Shown here: piece by piece, positions 9,683-17,292 of the stretch
Layout: each line of letters starts with the position of its first letter
Position numbering within the stretch: the first letter of the stretch is position 1
Assembly (NCBI RefSeq): GCF_017874355.1
Contig: NZ_JAGGLI010000033.1
Span: forward strand, 8,510-32,509
DNA from: Acetoanaerobium pronyense
GTDB lineage: Bacteria > Bacillota > Clostridia > Peptostreptococcales > Filifactoraceae
Direction: 5' to 3'
Length of the DNA stretch: 24,000 bases
The notes under the pieces: generated by a model
What the model was told of the DNA's origin: nothing
What the model saw: only the letters and a program-made list of their open reading frames with translations
Database searches by the model: none
Made by a program: the position numbers and the translations under genes

Positions 9683-9702
9683 GGGGATGCATATGCATCC
9701 CC
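9683..9702. terminator. perfect 20-bp palindrome GGGGATGCAT/ATGCATCCCC between convergent genes
   Basis: Seen directly. It is the only GC-rich hairpin in the 47-nt convergent gap, with A/T-rich flanks on both sides. Confidence 0.55.
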
Positions 9703-9713
9703 TTAGCTTTTCA

Positions 9714-9980
9714 CTAATCTTGGAGCTCTGATAGCTCTGGCAGGTCAAAGAAGATTTTTTCCCCATCATTTACAACAATGCAAGGAAGTCCTACCTGCCC
9801 CTTTGCCTTTATTTCTTCAAACTCTTTTCTATTGTCTCTATACTTTAAAAAACTTTTTAGGTTAAACATCCCCTCAGAAATATCAAGGTATGCATGCTTT
9901 ATATTGTTTTGTGAAAGAAACTCCTTCACTGGATCACAATCTGGTCAAAACTTGCTTCCAAATACAATAATCTTTTTCAT
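9714..9980 (-). CDS. glutaredoxin/NrdH-like thioredoxin-fold protein with in-frame TGA (candidate selenocysteine) in a U-P-D-C redox motif
   Basis: The track shows only a 71-aa GTG-start ORF (9714..9929). The same frame continues upstream: ATG 9980..9978, SD AAGGAG (9995..9990), then MKKIIVFGSKF-TGA(9947..9945)-PDCDPVKEFLSQNNIKHAYLDISEG...GLPCIVVNDGEKIFF. The TGA falls where the first Cys of CxxC follows beta-strand 1. With U this gives 88 aa. Confidence 0.6.
9911..9929 (-). promoter_or_regulatory. candidate bacterial SECIS hairpin
   Basis: mRNA GUGAAGG-AGUUU-CUUUCAC: a 7-bp stem (one G.U pair) with a 5-nt loop containing GU. It starts 15 nt after the UGA, so the loop G is 24 nt after the UGA. 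Confidence 0.4.
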
Positions 9981-10017
9981 TAACTACAGCTCCTTTAATA
10001 AAATTTCTCTATATACC

Positions 10018-10046
10018 ATTTTAGTATTTTTTATAGATAATTACAA
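10018..10046 (-). promoter_or_regulatory. sigma-A-type promoter for the Grx-like gene
   Basis: Read on the minus strand: TTGTAA (10046..10041), 17-nt spacer, TAAAAT (10023..10018), about 40 nt upstream of ATG 9980. Confidence 0.4.
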
Positions 10047-10054
10047 ATACAATA

Positions 10055-10555
10055 CTAAAAATAATCTTTTAAAATCATTTCCATCACTAAAAATATCATA
10101 CTATCATCTAGGTTTTTTCTTTCAAATGTAACTGTTTTTTTAAACCCTATTCTTTCATATAATCTTATTGCTCTTTTATTAAACGAAGCAACTGTCAGTC
10201 TAAATTTCTTTGACAAAAACTTATTTTCTGCAAATCTTATCCCTTCAAGAAAAAAATCGTATCCTTCTCCACTTCCGCATAAATCAGGTCTCATACCTAA
10301 ACCAATATCAAGAAAGTTTATATCATCATATGCTTGATATTGCTTACCTATTGGTACTTGAGCCGCATTACCAAAACAATAAAATCCAACAATCTTATAT
10401 TTTTCATCTATTACTGAAAAATAGGACCCATTTAATAATTCTTCTATAAATTCTTCGTTCCTATTTCCATTATAGATGTTATATGGTTCTTTATAAGTCC
10501 ACGTTGATATATCTACAGAATGATTCTTGCTCATCTCTTTTATGGTATAATGCAT
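10055..10555 (-). CDS. GNAT-family N-acetyltransferase
   Basis: The track start at 10576 runs over the SD AGAGGGAA (10569..10562). The ATG at 10555 (MHYTIKEMSK...) is 6 nt downstream. 'FRLTVASFNKRAIRLYERIGFKK' is the GNAT motif A / acetyl-CoA region. Confidence 0.8.
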   Translation of the reverse strand: MHYTIKEMSKNHSVDISTWTYKEPYNIYNGNRNEEFIEELLNGSYFSVIDEKYKIVGFYCFGNAAQVPIGKQYQAYDDINFLDIGLGMRPDLCGSGEGYDFFLEGIRFAENKFLSKKFRLTVASFNKRAIRLYERIGFKKTVTFERKNLDDSMIFLVMEMILKDYF

Positions 10556-10654
10556 AATTGATTCCCTCTCAACCATTGATTTTTTTCTATAATATGTGTC
10601 TACAAAATCATACTAGCACCGCATTAAGAAAATTTAAATTTACTTCTTTTAATT

Positions 10655-11176
10655 TCATTTTACCTTATAATATAACTGAGAAAAATTGTTTATACTTTTA
10701 GTTTCTTTTAATATTAATTCAATTTCTAAATTATCTTCTTTAAATAGTCTTATTCCTTTTCCAATTATTATAGGAGCTATTTGTATAATAATTTCATCAA
10801 CTAACTTATGTTTTAGGAATTCATGGAGCAATTCGCCTCCGCCTACAAGCCAAATTCTTTTGCCTTCTTCATTTTTTATTTTATTAACAAAATCTCCAAT
10901 ATTATCATTAATAAATTCAACACACTCATTGTTTTCATTATATTGACGACTAAAAACATAGCATTTTTTATCCTTATATGGAAATTTACCGTTTTCTAAG
11001 ATAAGGATTTGCTCATAAGTTTTCCTACCCATTAGAATCGTATCTATTGTTTTATAAAACTCAGAATATCCGTTGTCACCTTCTCCTGAAGTTCTAAATA
11101 ACCAATCTAGTGAGTTATCTTCTCTAGCAATAAATCCATCCAAACTCATTGCAATATACAAAAGTAATTTTTTCAT
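10655..11176 (-). CDS. dihydrofolate-reductase-family protein (RibD C-terminal domain type)
   Basis: 173 aa. 'MKKLLLYIAMSLDGFIAREDNSLDWL...ILMGRKTYE...IWLVGGGEL' is typical of the RibD_C/YwjB-like family. SD GGAGGGAGGAG. Confidence 0.8.
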   Translation of the reverse strand: MKKLLLYIAMSLDGFIAREDNSLDWLFRTSGEGDNGYSEFYKTIDTILMGRKTYEQILILENGKFPYKDKKCYVFSRQYNENNECVEFINDNIGDFVNKIKNEEGKRIWLVGGGELLHEFLKHKLVDEIIIQIAPIIIGKGIRLFKEDNLEIELILKETKSINNFSQLYYKVK

Positions 11177-11258
11177 ATGTATACTCCTCCCTCCTCTTAT
11201 TTTAGATAATACTGCTAACTTATGGTTTTAAAAAATCTTTTATTATCATACTAATTCT

Positions 11259-11879
11259 TTAGGATTCTCCTATTATAATCATGTGGTTTTTAGATGTTTT
11301 AGATAATTCAATATATAAATTCTTTGCTCTTCTCATATGAAGGGCTACTTCTTTCCATGATGCTTGTTTATCCATATAGTCAGAAATTTTAAAAACCCAA
11401 TCTTTATATGATTTGTACTTGAACTCAGTATTATCTGTGTAATTTGTCTTTTTTAGAGATTTTTCTTTTTTATGTAACTCCTTAAAAAGATTACAAAATA
11501 CATTAACTCTAACGTCAAGGTTTTCTTCCGATTTAAGAGTGATTCCAGGCTCTATAGCCTCTTCGATTAGCACCATATTATGGTAACCTGCTTCAAATGG
11601 ATTGCATATAGCTTTACTTTTAAAACTATTTAAGGCCGCAGCTTCACTACTGAATTCATCAGGATTTCTTCCAAATTTCAGTACAATTGGTCCAAATTTA
11701 TTTGATTTCCCTTTAAAGACTAAGTTTGCTGAAAAATGGTCTATTAAATTTAATTCTGCTATATCCCATCTTATAGTTAATGGCTGAATTAAGGCTTTAA
11801 CTCTATTAAAAAACTCATTTCCAAATTGTTTTATTATCTTTTCTTTTTCTAATTTATTGATATTATGTATCATAATCAT
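11259..11879 (-). pseudogene. APH(6)/StrB-like aminoglycoside/hydroxyurea-resistance kinase family, C-terminally truncated
   Basis: 206 aa. The N-lobe pattern (NLVFKGKSNKFGPIVLKFG...EAAALNSF...MVLIEEAIEPGITL) resembles PF04655-type kinases. The ORF stops (..SKNHMIIIGES*) where the catalytic HGDLHxxN loop should begin. Only about 80 nt remain before the next gene, and a shifted frame there reads HDYNRRILKN*. Confidence 0.5.
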
Positions 11880-11952
11880 TACCCTTTCAGCTTAGACCTG
11901 TGTTTTCTATTAATTACGTTTCAACTATCTAAATCAAAAAGATACAAACAAA

Positions 11953-11991
11953 AGAAGCCGCTGAAAAAAGGTTTCTCTTGTTACGGCTTCT
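11953..11991 (-). terminator. probable intrinsic terminator downstream of the DsbA-like gene
   Basis: On the minus strand: AGAAGCCG ... CGGCTTCT (8-bp stem, large loop) followed by TTTGTTTG. Confidence 0.35.
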
Positions 11992-11998
11992 ATAGTAC

Positions 11999-12634
11999 TT
12001 ATCCATTATTTTTAACTGATGTGATGACATCTATAAATTTATCTACTGGCTGTGCACCATAAAGCGTTTCTTTTCCATCAAAGATAAAATAAGGAACACC
12101 GTCAATTCCTTTTGAACGTGCATCGCTCTCTGATTCTCTTACTTCCTGGGAATAATCCGAAGAAGTCAGAATTCGTTTTGCTTCCTCCTTGTCTAGGCCT
12201 ACTTCAGCTGCAAGATTTGAAAGTGTTTCCGAATCAGAAATATCAAGCCCTTCAGTAAAGTAACTTCTCATGACAGCTTCATTAAATTCACTCAGCTTAC
12301 TATTTTCCTTTGCATAATAGGATAATCGGTGGGCATCAAATGTATTTGTAGGTTTCAGGTCATCAAAGTTAAATATAAGCCCTGCCTCCATTGCACTTAG
12401 GATGAGTCTGTTGTTATTTTCTGTTGCACTTTCAACGCTCATACCATATTTGTTTGCTATCAACTCATGAATAGTTCCCTCATATTTTTTAGTTGCATCA
12501 GGATCCAATTCGAAAGATTTAAATATAATCTCAACTTCATCTGTCATACCTGATTGCTTAAGGGCTTGTTCGAGATTTCTTTTACCTATATAACAAAACG
12601 GGCATACATAATCTGACCATATTTCTATTTTCAA
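11999..12634 (-). CDS. DsbA/FrnE-family thiol:disulfide oxidoreductase (cytoplasmic type, no signal peptide)
   Basis: 'KIEIWSDYVCPFCYIGKRNLEQAL' carries the CPFC active site. The likely start is TTG at 12634, 6 nt after the SD AAGGAGAG (12648..12641). The track's ATG at 12670 has no SD. Confidence 0.8.
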   Translation of the reverse strand: MKIEIWSDYVCPFCYIGKRNLEQALKQSGMTDEVEIIFKSFELDPDATKKYEGTIHELIANKYGMSVESATENNNRLILSAMEAGLIFNFDDLKPTNTFDAHRLSYYAKENSKLSEFNEAVMRSYFTEGLDISDSETLSNLAAEVGLDKEEAKRILTSSDYSQEVRESESDARSKGIDGVPYFIFDGKETLYGAQPVDKFIDVITSVKNNG

Positions 12635-12736
12635 TACTATCTCTCCTTTATAAATATATCTTGGCATCATACTATAGTATAACTACCCAATATCTAAAGA
12701 AGTATTTACAAGTAGTATAGATATTGCATTAATATA

Positions 12737-12765
12737 TTGACAAATTCATAACGATGAAATATGAT
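12737..12765 (+). promoter_or_regulatory. sigma-A-type promoter of the ppnP / GRE-activase / hypD operon
   Basis: Consensus TTGACA (12737..12742), 17-nt spacer, TATGAT (12760..12765), about 55 nt upstream of ppnP. A 7-bp inverted repeat ATGAAAT (12754..12760) / ATTTCAT (12783..12789) brackets the -10 and the transcription start. Confidence 0.5.
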
Positions 12766-12820
12766 GTATTTAAAATAGAAAAATTTCATAATAATGAAAA
12801 AGAGAGTCGAGGGATGAAAT

Positions 12821-13102
12821 ATGTTGCATGTAAATGAATATTTTGAAGGCAAGGTAAAATCTATAGGGTGTAACAATTCAGAAGGAGAGCTTACAGTAGG
12901 GGTCATGGCTGTAGGTGAATTTACTTTCTCTACATCTAAAAAAGAATTTATGACTGTAGTAAGTGGAACATTGGAAGTAACACTCCCTGGAGAAACAAAA
13001 AGCAGAGTTGTAACTAAAAATGAACAATTTATAGTCCCTGCTAATGAAGAGTTTCAAGTAAAAGTTCCAGAGATAACAATATATACTTGTAGATATGAAT
13101 AG
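12821..13102 (+). CDS. ppnP: pyrimidine/purine nucleoside phosphorylase PpnP (DUF1255 cupin)
   Basis: 93 aa. MLHVNEYFEGKVKSIG...VGVMAVGEFTFST...MTVVSGTL...YTCRY aligns along its whole length with E. coli PpnP/YaiE as I recall it (MLQSNEYFSGKVKSIGF...VGVM.EGEYTFST..MTVISGAL...YLCRY). Confidence 0.85.
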   Translation: MLHVNEYFEGKVKSIGCNNSEGELTVGVMAVGEFTFSTSKKEFMTVVSGTLEVTLPGETKSRVVTKNEQFIVPANEEFQVKVPEITIYTCRYE

Positions 13103-13116
13103 AACAGAGGTGTAGT

Positions 13117-14019
13117 ATGAAAAACTTGGTATTTAACATACAAAAATACTCAATTCATGATGGTTACGGCATAAGAACCACAGTATTTTTTAAAGGATGC
13201 CCGATGACTTGTAAATGGTGTCATAATCCAGAGAGTCAATCATACAGACCTTCAGTATTACAAAATACCGAAAAATGTACGAGTTGTAAAAAATGCACTG
13301 TTATTTGCCAAGAAGGTGCAATTACTTATGAAGATGGAAGAGTAAAAACATCTGAGGAAAAATGCAAGCTTTGCGAAAAATGCATAGATGGCTGTATAAA
13401 TAATGCTAGGGAAATCGTTGGGAAGTATTATAGCTTAGATGATATTATGAAAGAAATAGAAAAAGATAAACTTTTCTACGAACAATCAGGTGGTGGAATA
13501 ACTCTTTCTGGTGGGGAGATAATGACTCAGGATATGGATTATATAGTAAAAATATTAAAAAAATGCCATAGACTGGGATACAGAGTAAATATTGACACTT
13601 GCGGACATGCTAAGTTTGAAAACTTTGAAAAAATTCTGCCATATATAGATACATTTTTATATGACATAAAACATATGGATAGTGATATTCATAAAGAACT
13701 TACAGGAGTAGGGAATGAACTTGTACTTGGAAATTTAAGAAAGTTAAGCGAAAACTCTGCTAAGATAAACATAAGAATACCTCTTGTGGAAGGAATCAAC
13801 AGCTCAGAAGAACATATAGACAAGATCATAACATTTTTAAAAGAGTTAAAGATATACAAAATTAATCTTCTTTCATATCACAATACTGGAAAGAGTAAAT
13901 ACGATAGATTAAATATCGCTTATGAAGGTGATGATTATAAAGCGCCAAGTAATGAAAGAATGGAAGAAATAAAGCTTAAGTTTGAAAAAAATAATTTTTG
14001 TACTCAAATAGGAGGTTAG
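13117..14019 (+). CDS. glycyl-radical enzyme activating protein (radical SAM) for HypD
   Basis: 300 aa. Radical-SAM CxxxCxxC 'CPMTCKWC' (C28/C32/C35), two ferredoxin-like clusters (CTSCKKCTVIC, CKLCEKCIDGC) and 'GGGITLSGGE'. It starts 14 nt after the ppnP stop and ends 1 nt before the hypD ATG. Confidence 0.9.
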   Translation: MKNLVFNIQKYSIHDGYGIRTTVFFKGCPMTCKWCHNPESQSYRPSVLQNTEKCTSCKKCTVICQEGAITYEDGRVKTSEEKCKLCEKCIDGCINNAREIVGKYYSLDDIMKEIEKDKLFYEQSGGGITLSGGEIMTQDMDYIVKILKKCHRLGYRVNIDTCGHAKFENFEKILPYIDTFLYDIKHMDSDIHKELTGVGNELVLGNLRKLSENSAKINIRIPLVEGINSSEEHIDKIITFLKELKIYKINLLSYHNTGKSKYDRLNIAYEGDDYKAPSNERMEEIKLKFEKNNFCTQIGG

Positions 14020-14020
14020 C

Positions 14021-16393
14021 ATGGAACGAGGAATAAATGAAAGAATAAAAAAGCTCAGAAAGCAAAGCATGGAAGCAGTACCTCATATAGACATTGAAAG
14101 AGCAAGATTATTTACAGAGGCTTACAAAAAATATGAAGGCAGTGTATCTATTCCAGAGTTAAGAGCCCTATCATTTAAATATTATATGGAAAATAGAACC
14201 CTTTGTATAAATGAAGGAGAGCTTATTGTAGGGGAAAAAGGAGATTCTCCACAGGCTGCACCTACTTTTCCAGAACTTTGCTGTCATACCCTAGAAGATA
14301 TGGATGTAATGGATTCAAGAGAAATTATATTTTTCAAAGTTAAGGATGAAGATAAAAAAATTCAAGAGGATGAAATTATACCATTTTGGGAAAAACGTTC
14401 TATTCGTAATAAAATTATAAACAGTGTTACACCTCAATGGAGGCAATGCTATGAATCAGGAATATTTACCGAGTTTATGGAACAAAGAGGTCCTGGACAT
14501 ACTGTTGGAGGTGATGTATTTTATAAGAAAGGTTTTTTAACTTTAAAAGAAGAAGCACAAGCAGCTATTGATAAGCTGGACTTCTTTAATGATAGTGAAG
14601 CACTTACTAAAAAACATCAGCTTGAGGCTATGAAAATCGCATGTGATGCAATAATTATATATGCACAAAGATATAAGGAATATGCAATTGAATTGGCTGA
14701 AAAAGAACAGAATTCCCCAAGGAAAGAAGAGCTTATGACCATTGCTGAAAACTGTTCAGTTGTACCGGCAAATCCGCCTCAAAACTATTATCAAGCTATT
14801 CAAATGTATTGGTTTGTTCATATAGGAGTAACCACAGAGCTCAACCCTTGGGATGCGTTTAGTCCTGGAAGATTAGATCAGCATCTTTATCCTTTTTACA
14901 AAAATGACACTACAAATGGAGCTCTTGATGATGAAAAAGCCCTAGAATTACTAGAATGTCTATGGGTGAAATTTAATAATCAGCCAGCACCGCCAAAAGT
15001 AGGTATAACCCTTAAAGAAAGTTCGACATATACAGATTTTGCAAATATCAATACAGGTGGAATTGCTCCAGATGGAAGTGACGGCGTAAATGATGTAAGT
15101 TATCTAATACTTGATTGCATGGATGAAATGCAACTCCTTCAACCAAGTTCAAATGTACAGATAAGTAGAAAAACACCCAATGCATTTTTGAAAAGGGCTT
15201 GTGATATTTCGAGAAAAGGATGGGGACAACCTGCTTTTTATAATACAGAAGCAATAATTCAGGAGCTTTTAAATGCAGGAAAAACACTTGAAGATGCCAG
15301 AAAAGGTGGAACCAGTGGTTGTGTTGAAACTGGTGCTTATGGAAATGAAGCATATATTCTTACAGGGTATCTAAATCTTCCTAAAATTGTAGAGCTTACC
15401 CTTATGAATGGTTACGATAAGGTTTCAAATCAACAGCTTGGACCAAAAACTGGTGATCCTAGAGATTTCAAATCATATGAGGATTTCTTTGATGCCTATA
15501 AAACACAATTAGAATATTTTGTAGATATTAAAGTAAAAGGTAATAATATAATTGAAAAAATATATGCAGAATACATGCCAGTACCATTCCTTTCAGTAGT
15601 TACAAATGATTGTATAAGTAGAGGTAAAGATTATAATTCAGGCGGCGCAAGATATAATACAAACTATATTCAAGGAGTAGGTATTGGAACGATAACAGAC
15701 TCGTTATCAGCTATAAAATACAATGTATATGATAAGCAAAAATTTAGTATGGATGAACTTTTGAAAGCTATGGAAAACAATTTTCAAGGATATGAAGAAA
15801 TCCACAATATGGTGATTAACAAAACGCCAAAATATGGAAATGATGATGATTATGCAGATGAGATAATGCAGTCTGTATTCAAGCTTTATCATGACACCGT
15901 AACAGATAGGCCTAATATGAAGGGTGGTAAGTATAGAATAAATATGCTTCCAACCACATGCCACGTTTATTTTGGGGAGGTTATGATGGCAAGTCCAAAT
16001 GGAAGACTTGCCCATAAACCAGTTTCAGAGGGAATATCTCCAGAAAAAGGCGCAGATACAAAAGGGCCTACAGCCGTTATAAAATCTTGTTCGAAAATGG
16101 ATCATCTCTCTACTGGCGGAACCCTTCTTAATCAAAAATTTACTCCATCAGTGGTAAAGGGCGATAATGGACTTGAGCAGATGGCAAATCTTGTGAGAAC
16201 ATATTTTAATATGGATGGCCATCATATACAATTTAATGTAATTGATACTCAAACCCTTATAGATGCTCAAAATAATCCTGATGATTATAAAGACCTTATA
16301 GTTAGAGTAGCGGGATATAGCGATCACTTCCATAACTTAAGTAAAGAACTTCAAGATGAGATTATTGGAAGAACAGAACAAACTTTTAATTAA
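14021..16393 (+). CDS. hypD: trans-4-hydroxy-L-proline dehydratase (glycyl radical enzyme HypD)
   Basis: 790 aa. Glycyl-radical motif RVAGYS (Gly codon 16313..16315) and thiyl Cys in GGTSGCVETG (15320..15322). Blocks GPGHTV, NPWDAFSPGRLDQHL, KESSTYTDFANINTGG, MLPTTCHVYFG and PVSEGISPEKG..GPTAVIKSC match the C. difficile HypD sequence as I recall it, almost residue for residue. The SD GGAGG lies inside the activase 3' end. Confidence 0.9.
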   Translation: MERGINERIKKLRKQSMEAVPHIDIERARLFTEAYKKYEGSVSIPELRALSFKYYMENRTLCINEGELIVGEKGDSPQAAPTFPELCCHTLEDMDVMDSREIIFFKVKDEDKKIQEDEIIPFWEKRSIRNKIINSVTPQWRQCYESGIFTEFMEQRGPGHTVGGDVFYKKGFLTLKEEAQAAIDKLDFFNDSEALTKKHQLEAMKIACDAIIIYAQRYKEYAIELAEKEQNSPRKEELMTIAENCSVVPANPPQNYYQAIQMYWFVHIGVTTELNPWDAFSPGRLDQHLYPFYKNDTTNGALDDEKALELLECLWVKFNNQPAPPKVGITLKESSTYTDFANINTGGIAPDGSDGVNDVSYLILDCMDEMQLLQPSSNVQISRKTPNAFLKRACDISRKGWGQPAFYNTEAIIQELLNAGKTLEDARKGGTSGCVETGAYGNEAYILTGYLNLPKIVELTLMNGYDKVSNQQLGPKTGDPRDFKSYEDFFDAYKTQLEYFVDIKVKGNNIIEKIYAEYMPVPFLSVVTNDCISRGKDYNSGGARYNTNYIQGVGIGTITDSLSAIKYNVYDKQKFSMDELLKAMENNFQGYEEIHNMVINKTPKYGNDDDYADEIMQSVFKLYHDTVTDRPNMKGGKYRINMLPTTCHVYFGEVMMASPNGRLAHKPVSEGISPEKGADTKGPTAVIKSCSKMDHLSTGGTLLNQKFTPSVVKGDNGLEQMANLVRTYFNMDGHHIQFNVIDTQTLIDAQNNPDDYKDLIVRVAGYSDHFHNLSKELQDEIIGRTEQTFN

Positions 16394-16409
16394 ATTTTAA
16401 CAATAATTC

Positions 16410-16445
16410 AAAACCAAGGTAATCTATATTGCCTTGGTTTTCATG
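16410..16445 (+). terminator. hairpin + short U-tract between hypD and proC (weak terminator / attenuator)
   Basis: AAAACCAAGG (16410..16419) / CCTTGGTTTT (16432..16441) with a 12-nt loop. The proC SD follows immediately. Confidence 0.45.
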
Positions 16446-16462
16446 TGACAAAGGAGAGTATA

Positions 16463-17263
16463 ATGGATAAAAAAATAGGATTTATAGGTTGTGGAAATAT
16501 GGCAAAAGCTATGATTGAAGGAATAATAGCTTCAGAATTAGTAAGTGCAAAAAATATAATAGTAAGTGATGCCTACTTAAAAGGACTAGAAGATAGTCGT
16601 GAAAAATATGGATTTAATATAACTCAAGATAATAAAGAAGTAGCATCAAATAGTGATGTAATTTTTCTTGCAGTAAAGCCAAATATGTATGAATCAGTAA
16701 TAAAAGAAATATCAGAATCTACAAGAAATGATTCAATAATAGTTAGCATAGCACCTGGAAAAACTTTAGCAAAAATAGAAGAAGCTTTTGGTAAAAATAT
16801 AAAAGTTTTAAGAACTATGCCAAATACACCAGCACTTGTAGGAGCAGGGGTTACAGCTATATGCCCTAACAAGAATATAACTAAAGATGAGTTTGAAATG
16901 CTAAAATCTATTATAGGAACTTTCAGTTTAGTTGAAGAAATAGAAGAAAAGCTTTTTGATGCAGTAGTTTCTGTAAGTGGGTCATCCCCAGCATATGTAT
17001 TTATGTTTATAGAAGCAATGGCAGATGCTGCGGTTATGCAGGGAATGCCAAGAGATAAAGCTTATAGATTTGCAGCACAGTCTGTTATGGGAAGTGCTAA
17101 AATGATATTAGAAACTCAAAAACACCCGGGAGAACTAAAAGATATGGTATGCTCTCCAGGTGGAACAACTATAGAGGCCGTTGCTGTACTAGAGGAAAAA
17201 GGATTTAGAACCTCAGTAATCGAAGCTATGAGAGCATGTGGCGAGAAATCATCTAGAATGTAA
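16463..17263 (+). CDS. proC: pyrroline-5-carboxylate reductase
   Basis: The track's GTG at 16445 precedes the SD AAGGAGAG (16451..16458). The ATG at 16463 gives MDKKIGFIGCGNMAKAMIEG (Rossmann GxGxxA). The C-terminal 'VCSPGGTTIEA' is the ProC signature. Confidence 0.9.
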   Translation: MDKKIGFIGCGNMAKAMIEGIIASELVSAKNIIVSDAYLKGLEDSREKYGFNITQDNKEVASNSDVIFLAVKPNMYESVIKEISESTRNDSIIVSIAPGKTLAKIEEAFGKNIKVLRTMPNTPALVGAGVTAICPNKNITKDEFEMLKSIIGTFSLVEEIEEKLFDAVVSVSGSSPAYVFMFIEAMADAAVMQGMPRDKAYRFAAQSVMGSAKMILETQKHPGELKDMVCSPGGTTIEAVAVLEEKGFRTSVIEAMRACGEKSSRM

Positions 17264-17292
17264 TTTAATAAACTATTTAAGGGAGATAATGA

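Noticed and set aside
9714-9929. The 71-aa GTG-start model for the glutaredoxin-like gene
   Set aside because: It has no SD upstream of the GTG and would lack beta-strand 1 and the redox motif. The upstream in-frame ATG with SD and promoter plus a single TGA explains the locus better, although a Cys(TGT)->TGA pseudogene remains the alternative.
12746-12759. cre-like (CcpA) sequence TCATAACGATGAAA in the hypD-operon promoter spacer
   Set aside because: It has three mismatches to the TGWAANCGNTNWCA consensus, including the conserved G and C positions. This is too weak to call.
5924-12906. Track ORFs spanning intergenic/promoter regions (5924..6178, 9566..9769, 9778..10131, 11865..12062, 12706..12906, 21442..21732)
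   Set aside because: They overlap promoters, terminators or the ends of real genes. They have no SD and no recognisable motifs. 9778..10131 is antisense to the Grx-like gene and its promoter.
14021-16393. Alternative identities for the glycyl radical enzyme (pyruvate formate-lyase, choline TMA-lyase CutC, glycerol/propanediol dehydratase)
   Set aside because: The length (790 aa), the adjacent proC and the pocket motifs (GPGHTV, NPWDAF, TDFANI, LPTTCH) match HypD as I recall it, not the PFL or CutC motif sets. A phylogeny would still be the decisive test.
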